NCBI RefSeq assembly: GCF_009914755.1
Contig: NC_060938.1
Direction: 5' to 3' (one strand)
DNA from: the human T2T-CHM13v2.0 reference genome, Homo sapiens
DNA length: 64,000 bases
Every line of letters starts with the position of its first letter. Positions within the stretch are counted from its first letter, which is position 1. The notes under the pieces were generated by a model, which was given only the letters and a program-made list of their open reading frames with translations, was not told where the DNA came from and searched no databases. Positions 1 to 14,200 of the stretch are shown here, piece by piece. The position numbers were made by a program, and so were the translations under genes.

Positions 1-574
1 GGGAGGAGGGGGCTACATTTCAGTAGCTCCCAAGCCCAGGGGTGGGGCCCCAACACTAGCAGATGATGCTTAATTCAGGTGGGTTGAGTGAGTGAGTTGG
101 TCCCACCCCTTACTCCCAGGGGGTTTGTAGCAGCCAGCAGGGCTGCCCTCCCTGGTCAGTGAGGTGCAGGGCCTGGGGTGACCTGAGCCTCAGAGACCAG
201 CCACAGCTGCCAGTCCCTGCCCCATGAGAGTGACAGTCCACTGAGACTTTTCTTCCCAAGGTCAGGCTTGGGGACTTGGCAAAGTTGAATTGTTGCTATG
301 GTGGGGGTAGAGGGTAGGAGCCTTTAGTGATCTGAGGGAGTAGCTGGGACTCTACTCAGAGCTAACCCAACAACATAGATAGGGAGACCTGGTTCAAGCC
401 ATCTTCTGCCGTGTGACCTTGGGGAGGTCACTTAGCTGTCTCATCTGTACTTGCAGGGTAATGTGAACCACTGTCCTGTTGAGACAGTTCATGGAGATGA
501 CAATAACAAAGGCTCTTGGTGACTCACAAAGGTTTCTACAAATTCAAAAGCTAATTCAAGAGTTCACGCTTCAA

Positions 575-698
575 GGCCAAGCATGACGGCTTATGCCTGT
601 AATCCCAGCACTTTGGGAGGTTGAAGTGGGAGAACTGCTTGAGGCCAGGAGTTCAAGACCAGCCTGGGCAACATAGCGAGACCCTATCTCTATAAAAG
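575..698 (+). mobile_element. Alu left monomer (FLAM-like)
   Basis: ggccaagcatgacggcttatgcctgtaatcccagcactttgggagg...gaccctatctcta; no right arm. Confidence 0.9.
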
Positions 699-914
699 TA
701 ATTTTTGTTTTTCAAAAAGTTCATTTTCTAAAGGGTTTGGCAAAATGAAACTTTCGAGAGGCAAAAAAAATGAGCAAAGGATTCTGCTAATATTTTAAAA
801 CTCATTTTAAAAATATGTTCCATGTAAAGAGAGAGAATTGGAGAGCTGCTTAATTTTTCAAAAGGGCTCCTACATAAGCAATCTCACCCATCACCTCCCA
901 GAGCCCTGGAGGGC

Positions 915-980
915 TTAGTTATCCCTGTTTTATAGATGAGGAAACTGAGGCTCAGAACTGCAGTGTGACTTCCTCCAGCT
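915..980 (-). mobile_element. MIR core (one of many; others near 14790-15020, 36750, 39390, 43650-43850, 46460, 56450, 58580, 63340)
   Basis: ttatagatgaggaaactgaggctcaga. Confidence 0.75.
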
Positions 981-1110
981 TTAGACCCAGAGGTGGAGTC
1001 CAAGCCTGTTGGCTTGGATTCAGGTCACATGGCATCCTTGTGGGTAGTGATGGAGAAAGGGGGAGTAACAATGGGGTACCACTCTGTTCTATCATGTTCT
1101 AACCTACAAA

Positions 1111-1778
1111 TGAGGCAGGAGAATAGGGTCTAGAGGCAGGGAACCCAAGGTCATTTCACACTGACTTCCTAGAACTAAATTGAAAGGAAAACCCTAACTT
1201 TCCACTCCTAAGTAACAAAAGGACCAGAGGCTACTCCCTTTACAAGCCCCCACCTTTTCTGTGAGGCAGATGGAAAATTGAAAATACCTCTGATTGGTTG
1301 CTTTTTGCAACCAATCAGACCTTTGCCTAGGAGTGTAACTTTGTAACTTCACTTCAGCCTCTAATTAGTTGCAGACAGACAGATTGCGAACCAAGTCTTC
1401 ATTTGCATAGAAGTGCAACTTTGTAACTTCACTTTAGCCTCTGATTGGTGGCTTTCTGCAACCAATCAGATGTTTGCATGGGAGTATGACCTGTGTAACT
1501 TCACCGATTGCGGGTCACCATTTCATTTACGTGAGGTGAACACCAAGTGGCCAGTGGGAGACCTCTAGGGGGTATTTTGACCCAAGAAGATTCTGTATCT
1601 GGGGCTCCTGAGCCTCTGCTTAGCCCACTCCCTCATGGTGGAGTGTACTTTCACTTTCAATAAATCTCTGCTATTGTTGCTTCATTCTTTCCTTGCTTTT
1701 CTGTGCCTTTTGTCCGATTCTTTGTTCAAAATGCCAAGAACCTGGACAACTTGCAGTCAAGACCCTCTACCGGTAACA
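1111..1778 (+). mobile_element. ERV1 solo LTR, MER51-type
   Basis: TGAGGCAGGAGAATAGGGTC...GGTAACA termini, repeated CCAAT/ATTGG units, internal AATAAA, perfect 4-bp TSD CAAA (1107-1110 and 1779-1782). Confidence 0.88.
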
Positions 1779-2194
1779 CAAATGCCTACCAGGCTGTTTT
1801 GCTCAGTGCTGGGACAAGTGCCAGGGCCTGGGCCTGCCTGGTGGACGAAACGTATCCTTGCCCTCAACAGGCTCAGTCACAGGCAGAGAGAGTGTGAGGA
1901 GACAGAAAGGAGAGAAGAAACTAAGTCCCCAAGGGGAAAGGCAGGAACCTGGGTGTCCTCAGGCTCACAGAGCCAGGGCCTGGCCCCTAAAGGGCATTGG
2001 TACTTTCTGGGAAAGGAGCAGGAACATCTATAGGTGACAATGGCTGGCACAGCAGGTGCACACATTTGGGCCCAGTCTATCTCAGGACACTCAGGTGGAA
2101 TGCAGAAGGGCAGGCCCGAATTCTTCCTTTCCTCATTAGGAACTGTCTTCACTGAAATCTTCCCCATCCCTCAAAGCCCACCAATGCCTCCTCC

Positions 2195-3033
2195 TGTAAT
2201 GGCACCAGATTAATCTGGTTCAACTTTGTGTAATGAAACAGTGAGTTGTTTTTAAACTGCCATGGATCCCCAGGTTGAAGGTCACATAACCTGAGAATGT
2301 CCAGATGAACCAAGGGTGGAAGCTAAGTGCTCAGGCCAAGGAATAGGACTGAATTAAGCAGCGGACACCACAAGGCGGGATCCAGAATCCAGTGAGATCA
2401 AGCCCTCGTGTCACCCCATGGCAGGATCCAGTCATATCATTTCTCCCAGCATCACCTTATCGCAAGATCCAATCAGATCATTCCTCACTACTCTCTCACT
2501 ATAAAATCTCCCCCAACCACCAGCTTGGGGAGACAGATTTAAGCTTGACTCTCGTCTCCTTGCTTGGTAGCTTTATGTATTGATCTGTTTTCATGCTGCT
2601 GATAAAGACATACACAAGGCTGGATAATTTACAAAGAAAAAGAGGTTTAATGGACTCACAGTTCCACATGGCTGTGGAGGCCTCACAATCATGGTGGAAG
2701 GCGAAAGGCACGTCTTACGTCGCGGCAGACAAGAGAGAATGACAACCAAGTGAAAGGGGGTTCCCCTTATAAAACCGTCAGATCTCATGAGACTTATTCA
2801 CTACCACCAGAACAGTATGGGGGGAACTGCCCCCATGATTCAATGATTTCCCACTGGGTCCCTCCCACAACACATGGGAACTATGGGAGCTATAATTGAA
2901 GATAAGATTTGGATGGGGACACAGCCATATCCTATCACCTTGCAATCAACTTTTTTCTTTCCAAAAATCCAGTGCTTCAGTGTTGGGCTTTCCCTTGCAC
3001 GAGGCAAACCAGACCATTTGTTGCTTGTTGACA
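2195..3033 (+). mobile_element. Solo LTR, LTR47-like, interrupted by a THE1 LTR
   Basis: TG...CA termini, ggatccaatcagatc repeats, TATA-like ctataaaa, CTCC on both flanks. Confidence 0.7.
2576..2937 (-). mobile_element. THE1B-like MaLR solo LTR
   Basis: tgtatt...gctgctgataaagacata...gaggtttaatggactcacagttccacatggctg...ggggacacagcc...atca. Confidence 0.9.
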
Positions 3034-6000
3034 CTCCCCCAAGCAGCATTCCCAGGTTCCCTGCTGGCAAGACCCACCCTTCTTCCAGTTCCTAGGGCAG
3101 GCCATTTGTGCCTTTTAAGGCTTGAACTCCAGCCTGCATGGCATTGCCTCCCTACAGGTCTCTAAGCCAATTCTGGAGGGAGGTTATCTGTGTGATTCCG
3201 CTCCTCCAGCTGCACCTCCAATTCTTTATTGGAGTGGACCTTTCTTGAGCTTCTATGTGGCACTTGACCAGCTGCTCTCCAAAGATCATCTTTAATGCCC
3301 GGAGCTCTGTCCGTTTTGCAGATGTGGTGATATTGTGCACCGTTCAGATCCCAGGCTTTGAAATCAGAGTCCTGGGATAAGCCTCATCTCCAGGTGGATG
3401 GGCAAGGGCAGGTGGCCTTGCACTGGTCACAGAGCCCGAGTCTCCTCATCTTTGGTGGGGCAACATAAGTGCCCACTTCCTAGGCACTGTGAGGGCTGAG
3501 ATGAGGTGCCTGGCATACAGACCACAGGCCATCAGCAGTAACTATGACTGTTGTCGGGAACTGGGGCTCCGAGTAGGTGGTGATAAAGGCATATTCAGCG
3601 GATGGATTCATGACTCTGCAGATGTGTCTTAGCCTTGAGCAAACTTCTTGCAGCTGGAAGGAGGTGGGTGTCAGGGGAAACATTTTCCTCCCTGAGAAAA
3701 CTTGATGATACTAATTGGAATTCAGATGGTGCTAAGCTGCTAGGCTTGGGGGAGGCAGGCACGAAGTCATCCGCCTTCTTGTTTAAAGTGAGTTGTAATT
3801 CTCCAGGGGTTGAGAAACCAGGCGCTTCACTCCAGCAGGGAAATAGGCACGTGGGTTGGTGGAGCCGGGCCAGCTGAACACCCCAGCCTAATTGGTGTCC
3901 CTCTGCTAATCAATACCTGTGAGGGAGGTGGACGGGACCCTGGGGGTCCAGGAGTTGCTGCTGGGAGCCTGGCACAGTGCTGGGTCCCTGGGGAAAAACA
4001 GGAACCTCTACTCTTGGGGCTGTGAGGAGGACACATGAACCAGCCCCCTCCAGCTCCAGTTATGATCAGAGATGAACAGAATTCTGCCCAGAGGTGCCCT
4101 TCTCTCCCCAGCAGTAAAGAATGAGGATCCTAGTAGCTAGCGCAATTTTGAAAATGCGTTTGGGCATGAGGCGTGATGGGAAAAGGTTAACCACTTTCCA
4201 GCACAATATGGATGTGGGGGTTGTGAGTGAGGGGAGGCGTGATCCTTCCTAAGAATGGGAAACAGTCTTTCCTCTAAAGGATTAAACTAAACTCAAGATC
4301 TGTCTTGGAACAGGAGGGCTTCCCTGGTGGGACCAGCCTTGCCTGGGGGACCTCATTCGTACTCATGCCTGGCCTGGGCCCTCCACCCACCCTCAGGAGA
4401 CTGCATGATGCTGCAGGGGCCAATAGGCCAGGACCCTTCTGCTCATGGGATGCTGAAAGCAAGCCCCTGAGCCACCTGGGTTAGCAGAGGAGAATCGAGC
4501 AGCACCTGGTCAGGGTGGGCGCTTGACTCTGGGTGAGTCCGCCCTGCTAGGGACCCCCCCAGGCCAGGAAAAATGTGGGGGATCTACACTGAAGGAGGCT
4601 TCTGAGATCCCAAAGCCCAGAGCTCCCTCTCATGGCCCCTGAAACTTCCGAGTATCTCTGGGAGACTTAGAAACATCTATTCCCAGGGTCTGGCCCATAC
4701 TTGAGGTCCAAAGTCTCAGGGAAAGCCCAGGACAGCCCCCAGGGCTTCTGTGGCCCCTGCCTAAGACATATCCCATCTAGTTGCTTGTCCCTATTTCTGT
4801 GGTGAGGAAGGTCCTCTATGGGCAGGCCACTTGGTTCAGTTTGTGGCAACAGGTTTTGAGCACGTGATATATGCCAGACCCTTGGAGTGGACAAGGCTTG
4901 AGGTGACAAGAACCTCAGGTGCTGTGGGTAGAGCCCAGAGGAGGGAGGGGCCCTAACGCTGCCTGGGGTGGCACCTGTAAGTACCCTCACGATAAGGGCA
5001 GGCTTCTTCTTGTCCTTCAAAGTCAGGGTCCAGATTCCCAAGCCTCAGGAATCACTGGTGCCCAGTGCAGACAGCGGAGCTTGCTGAGAGGTCCCGTTCT
5101 GTGAAACGATCCAGTTACCTGTCTGCCCACTACTTGGCTGCATCTGGGAGCTTGCTCAATGCAAACAAATAAAGCTCTGATTGGGGGAAATTCCAGCAGG
5201 ATAGAAAGTCTCCGGCTGCTCTGCCCTTTCCTCACACTGTGACCTTGAGTCAATCCCTGGGCCTCAGTTTCCCCAAGACTGTTTTGAGAAAGTGAAACTA
5301 GCTGTGCCCAACTCAAGCCTTTCAAAAAAGTGCTTCTGGGCCAGGGCATTTTTGTCTCTTCCAGGACCCTCAGGGGCTCATTTGCATTCTTGGAATAAAA
5401 ATGTTGACTGTACTTCATGCCCAGCCGCACATTTAAATGCTTATGCAAGGTTTATTTTGGAGAAGCAACTCTCTGGAATGCTGGCAGGGCGTGAGCCTCC
5501 GCCTCCCCTGGGAGAGGCAATCAGCCCCCAACCGAGGCAGGAGCTGAGGAGGGGCAGAGCCTCTTGGCCCCAGGGGAGGCACAGTCCAATGAGAGCCTCA
5601 CCCCAGGGGCTGTCGCGAGGCTGTTGGGAAATGTCTCATTTTTATATGTAAATAAATCATTTCCAGAGATTGCTCTGATCGCAGCAGGCTGCTGCTAAAA
5701 TGTTTTAAGTGGGTCCTTTGCCACTGTAAACTTTGTTAAGGATTATTATTGAGTTTGGTTTTTTGTTTTTTTTTCCTGTTGATTTCACTGAATCACCAAC
5801 TCCTGGGACTCTAGCATGTCCTGCCATTGTACCCTGTTTGCACACCTCTGTGGACGGAGAGCTCACCTCCTCCAGGCTGCCCATTCTGTGGTTGGATGCA
5901 CCAGGGACTGCCAGAAACAGCTTCTTTCTGAGTGAGCTGGAATTGGAACTCTTTTCCTGTAGCTTTCCTTGCTGGATCATGAACCACGCCTTGCTCTGGC

Positions 6001-6463
6001 CCCACAGAACACACTTGTTCTCTCTTCTCTCTGTCACACTCTGTGTATCGGACCAGGACTTCCATCTCCTTTGCCAAAGCTTGCAACATCCTCCGTCACC
6101 TGGCCCTGGCCCTTCTGCATCCTCAGCTGCTCACACCCTTACTTACCATGCTCCAACCCATTGGCTGTTGTGTCCCTCAGGTATACCTAGCAGGGTTTCC
6201 CCTGGGGCCTCTGGCAGGATGCTCCTTCTCCAGGTTTCCTTCTCGAGGATCCCAGCTCAAATGTCGCTTCCTTAGAGAGGCCCTCCCTGGGATCCTAGGT
6301 AAAGGGCCCCCCAACCTCATCCCTCTTGATCATGGTGTCTTATGTTCCTTCAGAGCCTGTGACACTACTTGCTTCTAATACAGCACAATATAATATTTAC
6401 TGACTTACATGTTGCTGCCTGGATAATTAGAATGTAAGTGCCTTGAAGATGGGTCTTTTTCTT

Positions 6464-6818
6464 TGGATTAGTCCGTTCTCTCATTGCTGTGAAGAAATAC
6501 CTGAGACTGCATAATTTATAAAGAAAAGAGGTTTAATTGACTCATGGTTCTGCAGGCTGTACAGGAAGCATGACGTTGGCATCTGCTTGGCTTCTGAGGA
6601 GGCCTCAGGAAACATGGCTGGGAGCTAGAGGAAGAGAGAGGGGAGGTGCCACACACTTTAAAACAACCAGATCTCTCGAGAACTCTATCATGAAAACAGA
6701 ACCAAAGGGGGAAATCCACCTCCGTGATCCAGTCACCTCCCACCAGGCCCCCCCTCCAACATTAGGAATTACAATTTGACATGAGATTTGGGTGGGGACA
6801 CAGACCCAAACGGTGTCA
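6464..6818 (-). mobile_element. MSTA-like MaLR solo LTR inserted in an L2 remnant
   Basis: attagtccgttctc...aaatacctgagactg...ctgtacaggaagcatg...gagatttgggtggggacacag. Confidence 0.85.
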
Positions 6819-7411
6819 GCCTTGCTTCCTGCTGTAATCCCAGGACCAATAAATTCACATTCTAGGAATGTGGTGCCTACCTTCTCAGAGCCTCCTTGCC
6901 ATGATTCTCTGCAAAATACAGGTTCTTGTCCCTCATTCATGGCTTTCTCTCTGGACACTTCCCCTTAGTCCACATCAGGCATGTGCAGACTCACTTAGCA
7001 GCAGAAGCTGTTTCTTAAAAAAATTCTTACCCAGAGGACCAATATATAAAATAGCTGAAGGTGATGTGGCTGAATGGGGGGAAGGAAAGAAAGGTCTCCT
7101 GAGCCCTCAGCCCCCTGGCTCTCAGTGTAGTCCCTGAGGCACCTGCAGAGATGTCTGTTTCCTGTCTGCCTGTGCTCATGGCCCCTTTGTCTAGTGACAG
7201 TGCCTGATTTTCCTCTGGGGACTCCCCCTCACCCATTTGTAGATAGGGACTTCATCCACCAGGCCCAACCAGTCTGCCAGTGCCACATCCTGGCCATAAT
7301 GATTGATTCAGGAAGGGCCTGGGACCCAGGATGGTCCAAAGAGTCTGGCCTTGGAAACTGTCCTGGATGCGCTGAAGCAGAAGTTTGCTGGACTGATTGG
7401 GCTTAAACCAG

Positions 7412-8188
7412 TGTCTTTGTTTTTTGTACCTTATAACAGAATACTTGAAACTGGGTAATTTATTTTTAAAAAGGAATGTATTAGTCCATTTTCATACTGC
7501 TGATAAAGACATACCTGAGAGTGGGTAATTTATAAAGGAAAGAGGTTTAATGGACTCATAGTTCTGCATGGCTGGGGAGGCCTCATAACCATGGCGGAAG
7601 ATGAAGAAGAGCAAACATGGCAGCCGGCAAAGAGAGAGTTTGTGCAGGGAAACTCCCATTTATAAAACCATCAGATCTTGTGAGACTTATTCACTATCCT
7701 GACAATAACATGGGAAAGGCCCACCCCATGATTCAATTACCTTCCGCCAGGTCCCTCCTACGACACACGGGAATTGTGGGAGCTACAATTCAAGATGAGA
7801 TTTGGGTGGGGACACAGCCAAACCATATCAAGGAATTTATTTCTAACAATTATGGAAGCTGAGAAGTCCCAGGTGGAGGGGCCACATCTGGTGAGGGCTT
7901 TCTTGCTGGTGGGGGCATCTTTGCAGAGTCCCAAGATGGTGCAGGGCATCACATGACGAGGGGGCTGTGCATGCTAGCTCAGGCCTCTCCTCATTTCTTT
8001 ACAGAGCCGCCAGTTCCACTCCCTCAATAATCCAATAATCCATTAATTCATCAATAGGTTAATCCATTCATCAGGGCAGAGACCTCAGGGCCCAATCACC
8101 TCTGAAAGGTCCCAGTTCTCAGTATTGTCACATTGGAGATCAAACTTCAACGTGAGTTTTGGAGGGGACAAACTTCCAAGCCATCGCA
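7412..8188 (-). mobile_element. MST (MSTC/D-like) MaLR LTR, split by THE1
   Basis: gggccacatctggtgagggc...gagttttggaggggacaaac...gca; degenerate TSD accag/gccag. Confidence 0.8.
7477..7830 (-). mobile_element. THE1 solo LTR
   Basis: tgtattagtccattttca...aaaccatatca with perfect 5-bp TSD AGGAA. Confidence 0.92.
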
Positions 8189-9046
8189 GCCAGGATCTGC
8201 ACCCTCCTGAGAGCAAAACCCAAACCAAGCACGGCAGACTCAAGAGATGGAGAGAAGGCAGGCAGTCCTGGTAACATCGTCAGGACCCCTGGATCTGGCC
8301 ATATCCCAAATCCTGAACTTTACAATGACCTGAGACAAGAGTTGTGCCTACTTTGCTTAAGCCTGTTTGAGCTGGGCTTTCTCTCACTTCTAACTGAAAG
8401 AATCCTTACTGTGACACTAAGGTACATAGAACATGGTTTGAAAGCCACTGCCGTATATCCTCCAAAAGTTGGGCAGAATGCATTTGATGTTTTTGTTTCT
8501 GCTAGTTTGTTTTCATAGGTAATAATAATGATAATAGTAATTAAAACTTTCATTTCTTTAGTAAAAGATTTGATGAAAAGCTTTCATCAAATTTTCAACA
8601 TAATACCATGAAAAATAACTCTACTTCTGTCCTGTAGTTGACTATACTGAAGGAAAGTGGGGTTGAGGGATTTGCCCAAAGTCACCGTATTAATAAATAT
8701 GGCAAGACTTTTCTGGAATTTATGGCAAATATGATAGAAACAGATGAATATCTTAATTGCACAAAGAACTTACATAAATTGCTAGACAAAACAAAATTTA
8801 AAAAACAAATACAGAGCAATGTCTCTGTAGATTAATGAGTAAGGAATATGAACAGAAAATTCAGAAAAGAAGTCATTCAAAAAGTAAATAATAAATGGAA
8901 AAAATTACTCACCAATAATTTGAGAAATTCAAATTGAAAAAAAGATACTATTTGTCTCATTTTAAAAATGTGCAAAGATTAAAACAAACACCAAATGCTG
9001 GCCTGGATGCAGAACAATTGATACCCTTTCACAATATTGATAGTAA

Positions 9047-9235
<189 letters not shown>

Positions 9236-9267
9236 TGAAAAGCTATTTGGCAAAAACATATTTAAAA

Positions 9268-9483
9268 CAGGGGTTGGCAAATGTTTTCTGAAAAGGGCCA
9301 GATAAGTAAATATGTTCAGCTTATTGAACCATATTGCCTGTGTGCAATATGTACTCAACCTGCTATTGTGGCAAGAAACAGCCATAGGCAATGTGTAAGT
9401 GAATGAGTGTAGCTATGTTCCAAGAAAGCTTTACTTATAAAGATTTATTTATTGCCCCAAAAGCCATGATTTGCCAACTCCTG
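9268..9483 (+). mobile_element. MER58A-like hAT-Charlie MITE
   Basis: TIRs caggggttggcaaa / tttgccaactcctg, ~216 bp. Confidence 0.82.
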
Positions 9484-9662
9484 GTTTTAACCATTAAATT
9501 ATTATGAAAATGATGATTATATATAAAAAAAGTACCTACATGAAAGCACACTTAGAATATAAAGTTAAGTGAATAGTAGGTACCCAATTGTATAAAATCA
9601 CAACCATGAAAATCCCTAGGCACAGACACATATGAAAGAAAGAAAACATGTCTCTCTCTCTC

Positions 9663-9775
9663 TTTTTTTTTTTTTTTTTTGAGACAGAGTTTTGCTCCTG
9701 TTGCCCAGGCTGGAGTACAATGGTGCGATCTTGGCTCACCACAACTTCCGCCTCCTGGGTTCAAGTGATTCTCCT
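9663..9775 (-). mobile_element. Truncated Alu right arm
   Basis: Poly-T gagacagagtttt...gggttcaagtgattctcct. Confidence 0.88.
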
Positions 9776-10244
9776 ACAAATGTATCGCAAAGAACTCCCG
9801 CACCTTTCCCTGAAGGAGACAAAGTTTCTCCAGAGGCCAGCTCATTCCAGAGGTACGGATGGCTGGTTCTTCTCTCCACTTAATTTTAAAAAATATATGT
9901 TCTTTCTTATGAAAAAAAGAATCCGTTTCTAGAGAATTCTACGAATGGTGAGTCACACTCTGGAGTGCCACTTCCATGAATGCCGAGTGATCAGTGGAGG
10001 TGGCTCACACGCCAGGGCTCACTGGAGCCACCCTCACTCCTGACACATTCCCTCATTTCCTGCTTCTTCCATTCATGTCTGTCTTTGTCTCACTTAATTT
10101 TTGCCCCAAATCTTATCATCTTACAGAACTGAAGCTCTTTGAAATTCAGCTTCTATGAAGACTCTGCAAGCCCCAAAGTGTTTAACCAAGACCTTTACCT
10201 GGGAAAGAGAATCCGGACTCAGCCCTCTGCAGGCTGTTGAAGCT

Positions 10245-10570
10245 CAAGCCACCACCATGCCAACTTCCACAATGATTCCACCAACACAAGTCAAGCACTG
10301 CCACCACCATGAGAAACACAATCCAGCAACTGTAACAAAACCCACAACAGCCAACACATCCCCCACAGCTGCAAATACAACCCTAACCCTACAACCACAG
10401 CAGTGATCACAACTCCAGTGATTATCACAACAAACCCAATAACCACACCAACTCCAACAACCACAGCTACAGCTCCCAAAATAACCACAGACCACAGCAA
10501 CCTGACGCAATTTTAACAACAGCCACAATCATAACCACAACAGCTCCAATAACCACTGCAACAACCACAG
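10245..10570 (+). repeat. Degenerate ACC/ACA/AAC low-complexity tract
   Basis: ~325 bp nearly devoid of G on the + strand, with recurring accacaac/accacagc words. Confidence 0.8.
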
Positions 10571-10694
10571 TAGCAGGCATTTGTTGATCACCTCTTATAA
10601 GCCAGGTCCTCCACCAAGTGCTTGTCATATATTATCTCACATAGCCTTCCAGCTGCCCCAGGAAGTAGACAGATATACATGCATGCTTTATTTA

Positions 10695-12745
<2,051 letters not shown>

Positions 12746-12939
12746 TAAATGTACCTTTCAACTAATGAAAACACTAAGGCTCAGAGACGCAAATTGACTT
12801 GCCTAAAGTCAGCGTAATTAACACCCATATTTCCTTGATTCTAACAGAAACATTTTATGGTCTCTAAAATGGAGGTACATCGTACAGTTGATGCTGACAG
12901 GTGACAGTCATAACAAAGTTGTCATTGCCATACATGCAT

Positions 12940-13787
12940 ATTAAAATTTGCACAATGTGGGCAGTGGCTTTGGAAAGAAAATCCCAGAGACAAAAGTGGG
13001 GCAGCCCTTTAAGAAATGGTGCACCACCAATGCCCTTGATGGCCCAGAACCAGTTCCATGTGGGCAAATGTGGACACTGATGCCATGGAAGCTAAACAGT
13101 TCAGAAGAGAAGGACTCTTGAGCATGGAGTTCTGGGAGCAACTGAGCTGATTTATTAGTTGATATCTCCCTCTTCGTGTATGCACAAAAGTGATAGAGGA
13201 TTTTTTAAAACCCTCAAAATCCTAAATTGAAACAAGTTTAAAAAACAGCTCTTTTGCCAAATATAAAATAAAAATATAAAGTGATAGGAAGCCCTGTGTC
13301 ATGGTTTACAGGTCTAGTTTGTGTCATCACTTAAGGCTGTGGTTTATTCTCTCTCCCTTACTCCCTGCTTCCCTCCCTCCCTCTGTCCCTCCCTCTCTCC
13401 CTTCCTTTCTTCCTTCCTTCCTTTCTTTCCAGGGTCTTGCTGTGTCACCCAAGCTGGAGTGCAGTGGCATCGTGAACATGGCTCATGGCAGCCTCAACCT
13501 CCTGGACTCAAGTGATCTTCTGATCCTCCTGCCTCAGCCTCCTGTGTAGCTGGGACCACAGTCTCATGCCACTAAGTCTGGCTAATTTTTTTTTTTTTTT
13601 TGTAGAGGTGGGGGTCTTACTTCGTTGCCCAGGCTGGTCTCAAACCCCTGGGCTCAAGCGATCCTCCTGCATAGGCTTCCCCAAGTGCTGGGATTACCGG
13701 TGTGAGCCACTGCACCTGGCCTGTTTATTCTTTCTTAGTGAGACTTAAAATAACAGTGCATCTTAAAATTGATGTACAGTAAACGGC
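12940..13787 (+). mobile_element. Possible Tc2/Kanga-type DNA transposon remnant split by an Alu
   Basis: ggcttt-ggaaagaaaatcccagagac...aagaaatggtgcaccaccaatgcccttgatggc and terminal taaaataacagtgcatcttaaaattgatg resemble remembered Tc2-family consensus. Confidence 0.4.
13351..13721 (-). mobile_element. AluJ with tail converted to CCTT/CCCT repeats
   Basis: J-type ggctcaagcgatcctcctgc; TSD gtttattct. Confidence 0.9.
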
Positions 13788-14200
13788 TGCATCAGTCAGC
13801 CTCCTGGGAGAAATCCCATGGCATACATGAAAGAGGTCATGAGTTTAAAAGGGGAATATTTACAGAGGTGTGAGTCGGTTAGGGGAAGCCAACAAGGGAT
13901 GGCACAGTGTCACAGCGCTGGTGACGTCCTGAAGGGCAAGGAGGAAGAGGGGTTACAAAACCTGGAGAGAGGCTGCAGGAAAGGGCAGGCTGTCAGGAGC
14001 TGCAGTCTTTGCTAGGAAAAGGTCCAGGGGAATAAATAAATAGCCAACCTCAGTCTCAAGGTACCCTCTGATCTTGTGCCTACATCTACTGTTGTGGGAA
14101 CTCACTGGGAACCAGGGGTCCAGGAGTCCTTGAATGGCGTCCGCAGAGACCAGAGAACAGCGTGGAGGGTCGGGGTGGGTCTAGGGGGAAAATGGAAACT
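13788..14200. mobile_element. Old LTR remnant (LTR78-like)
   Basis: tcagtcagc...gagtttaaaaggggaatatttacagaggtgtg...gggaagccaacaagggatgg resembles remembered consensus. Confidence 0.4.

Larger units (their letters stand above)
7240..8415 (+). mobile_element. Old MaLR LTR (MLT1K/L-like) split by younger LTRs
   Basis: Degenerate MLT1 motifs on both flanks (tggccataatgattgattcagg; gcttaagcctgtttgagctgggctttctctcacttctaactgaaagaatcct). Confidence 0.55.
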
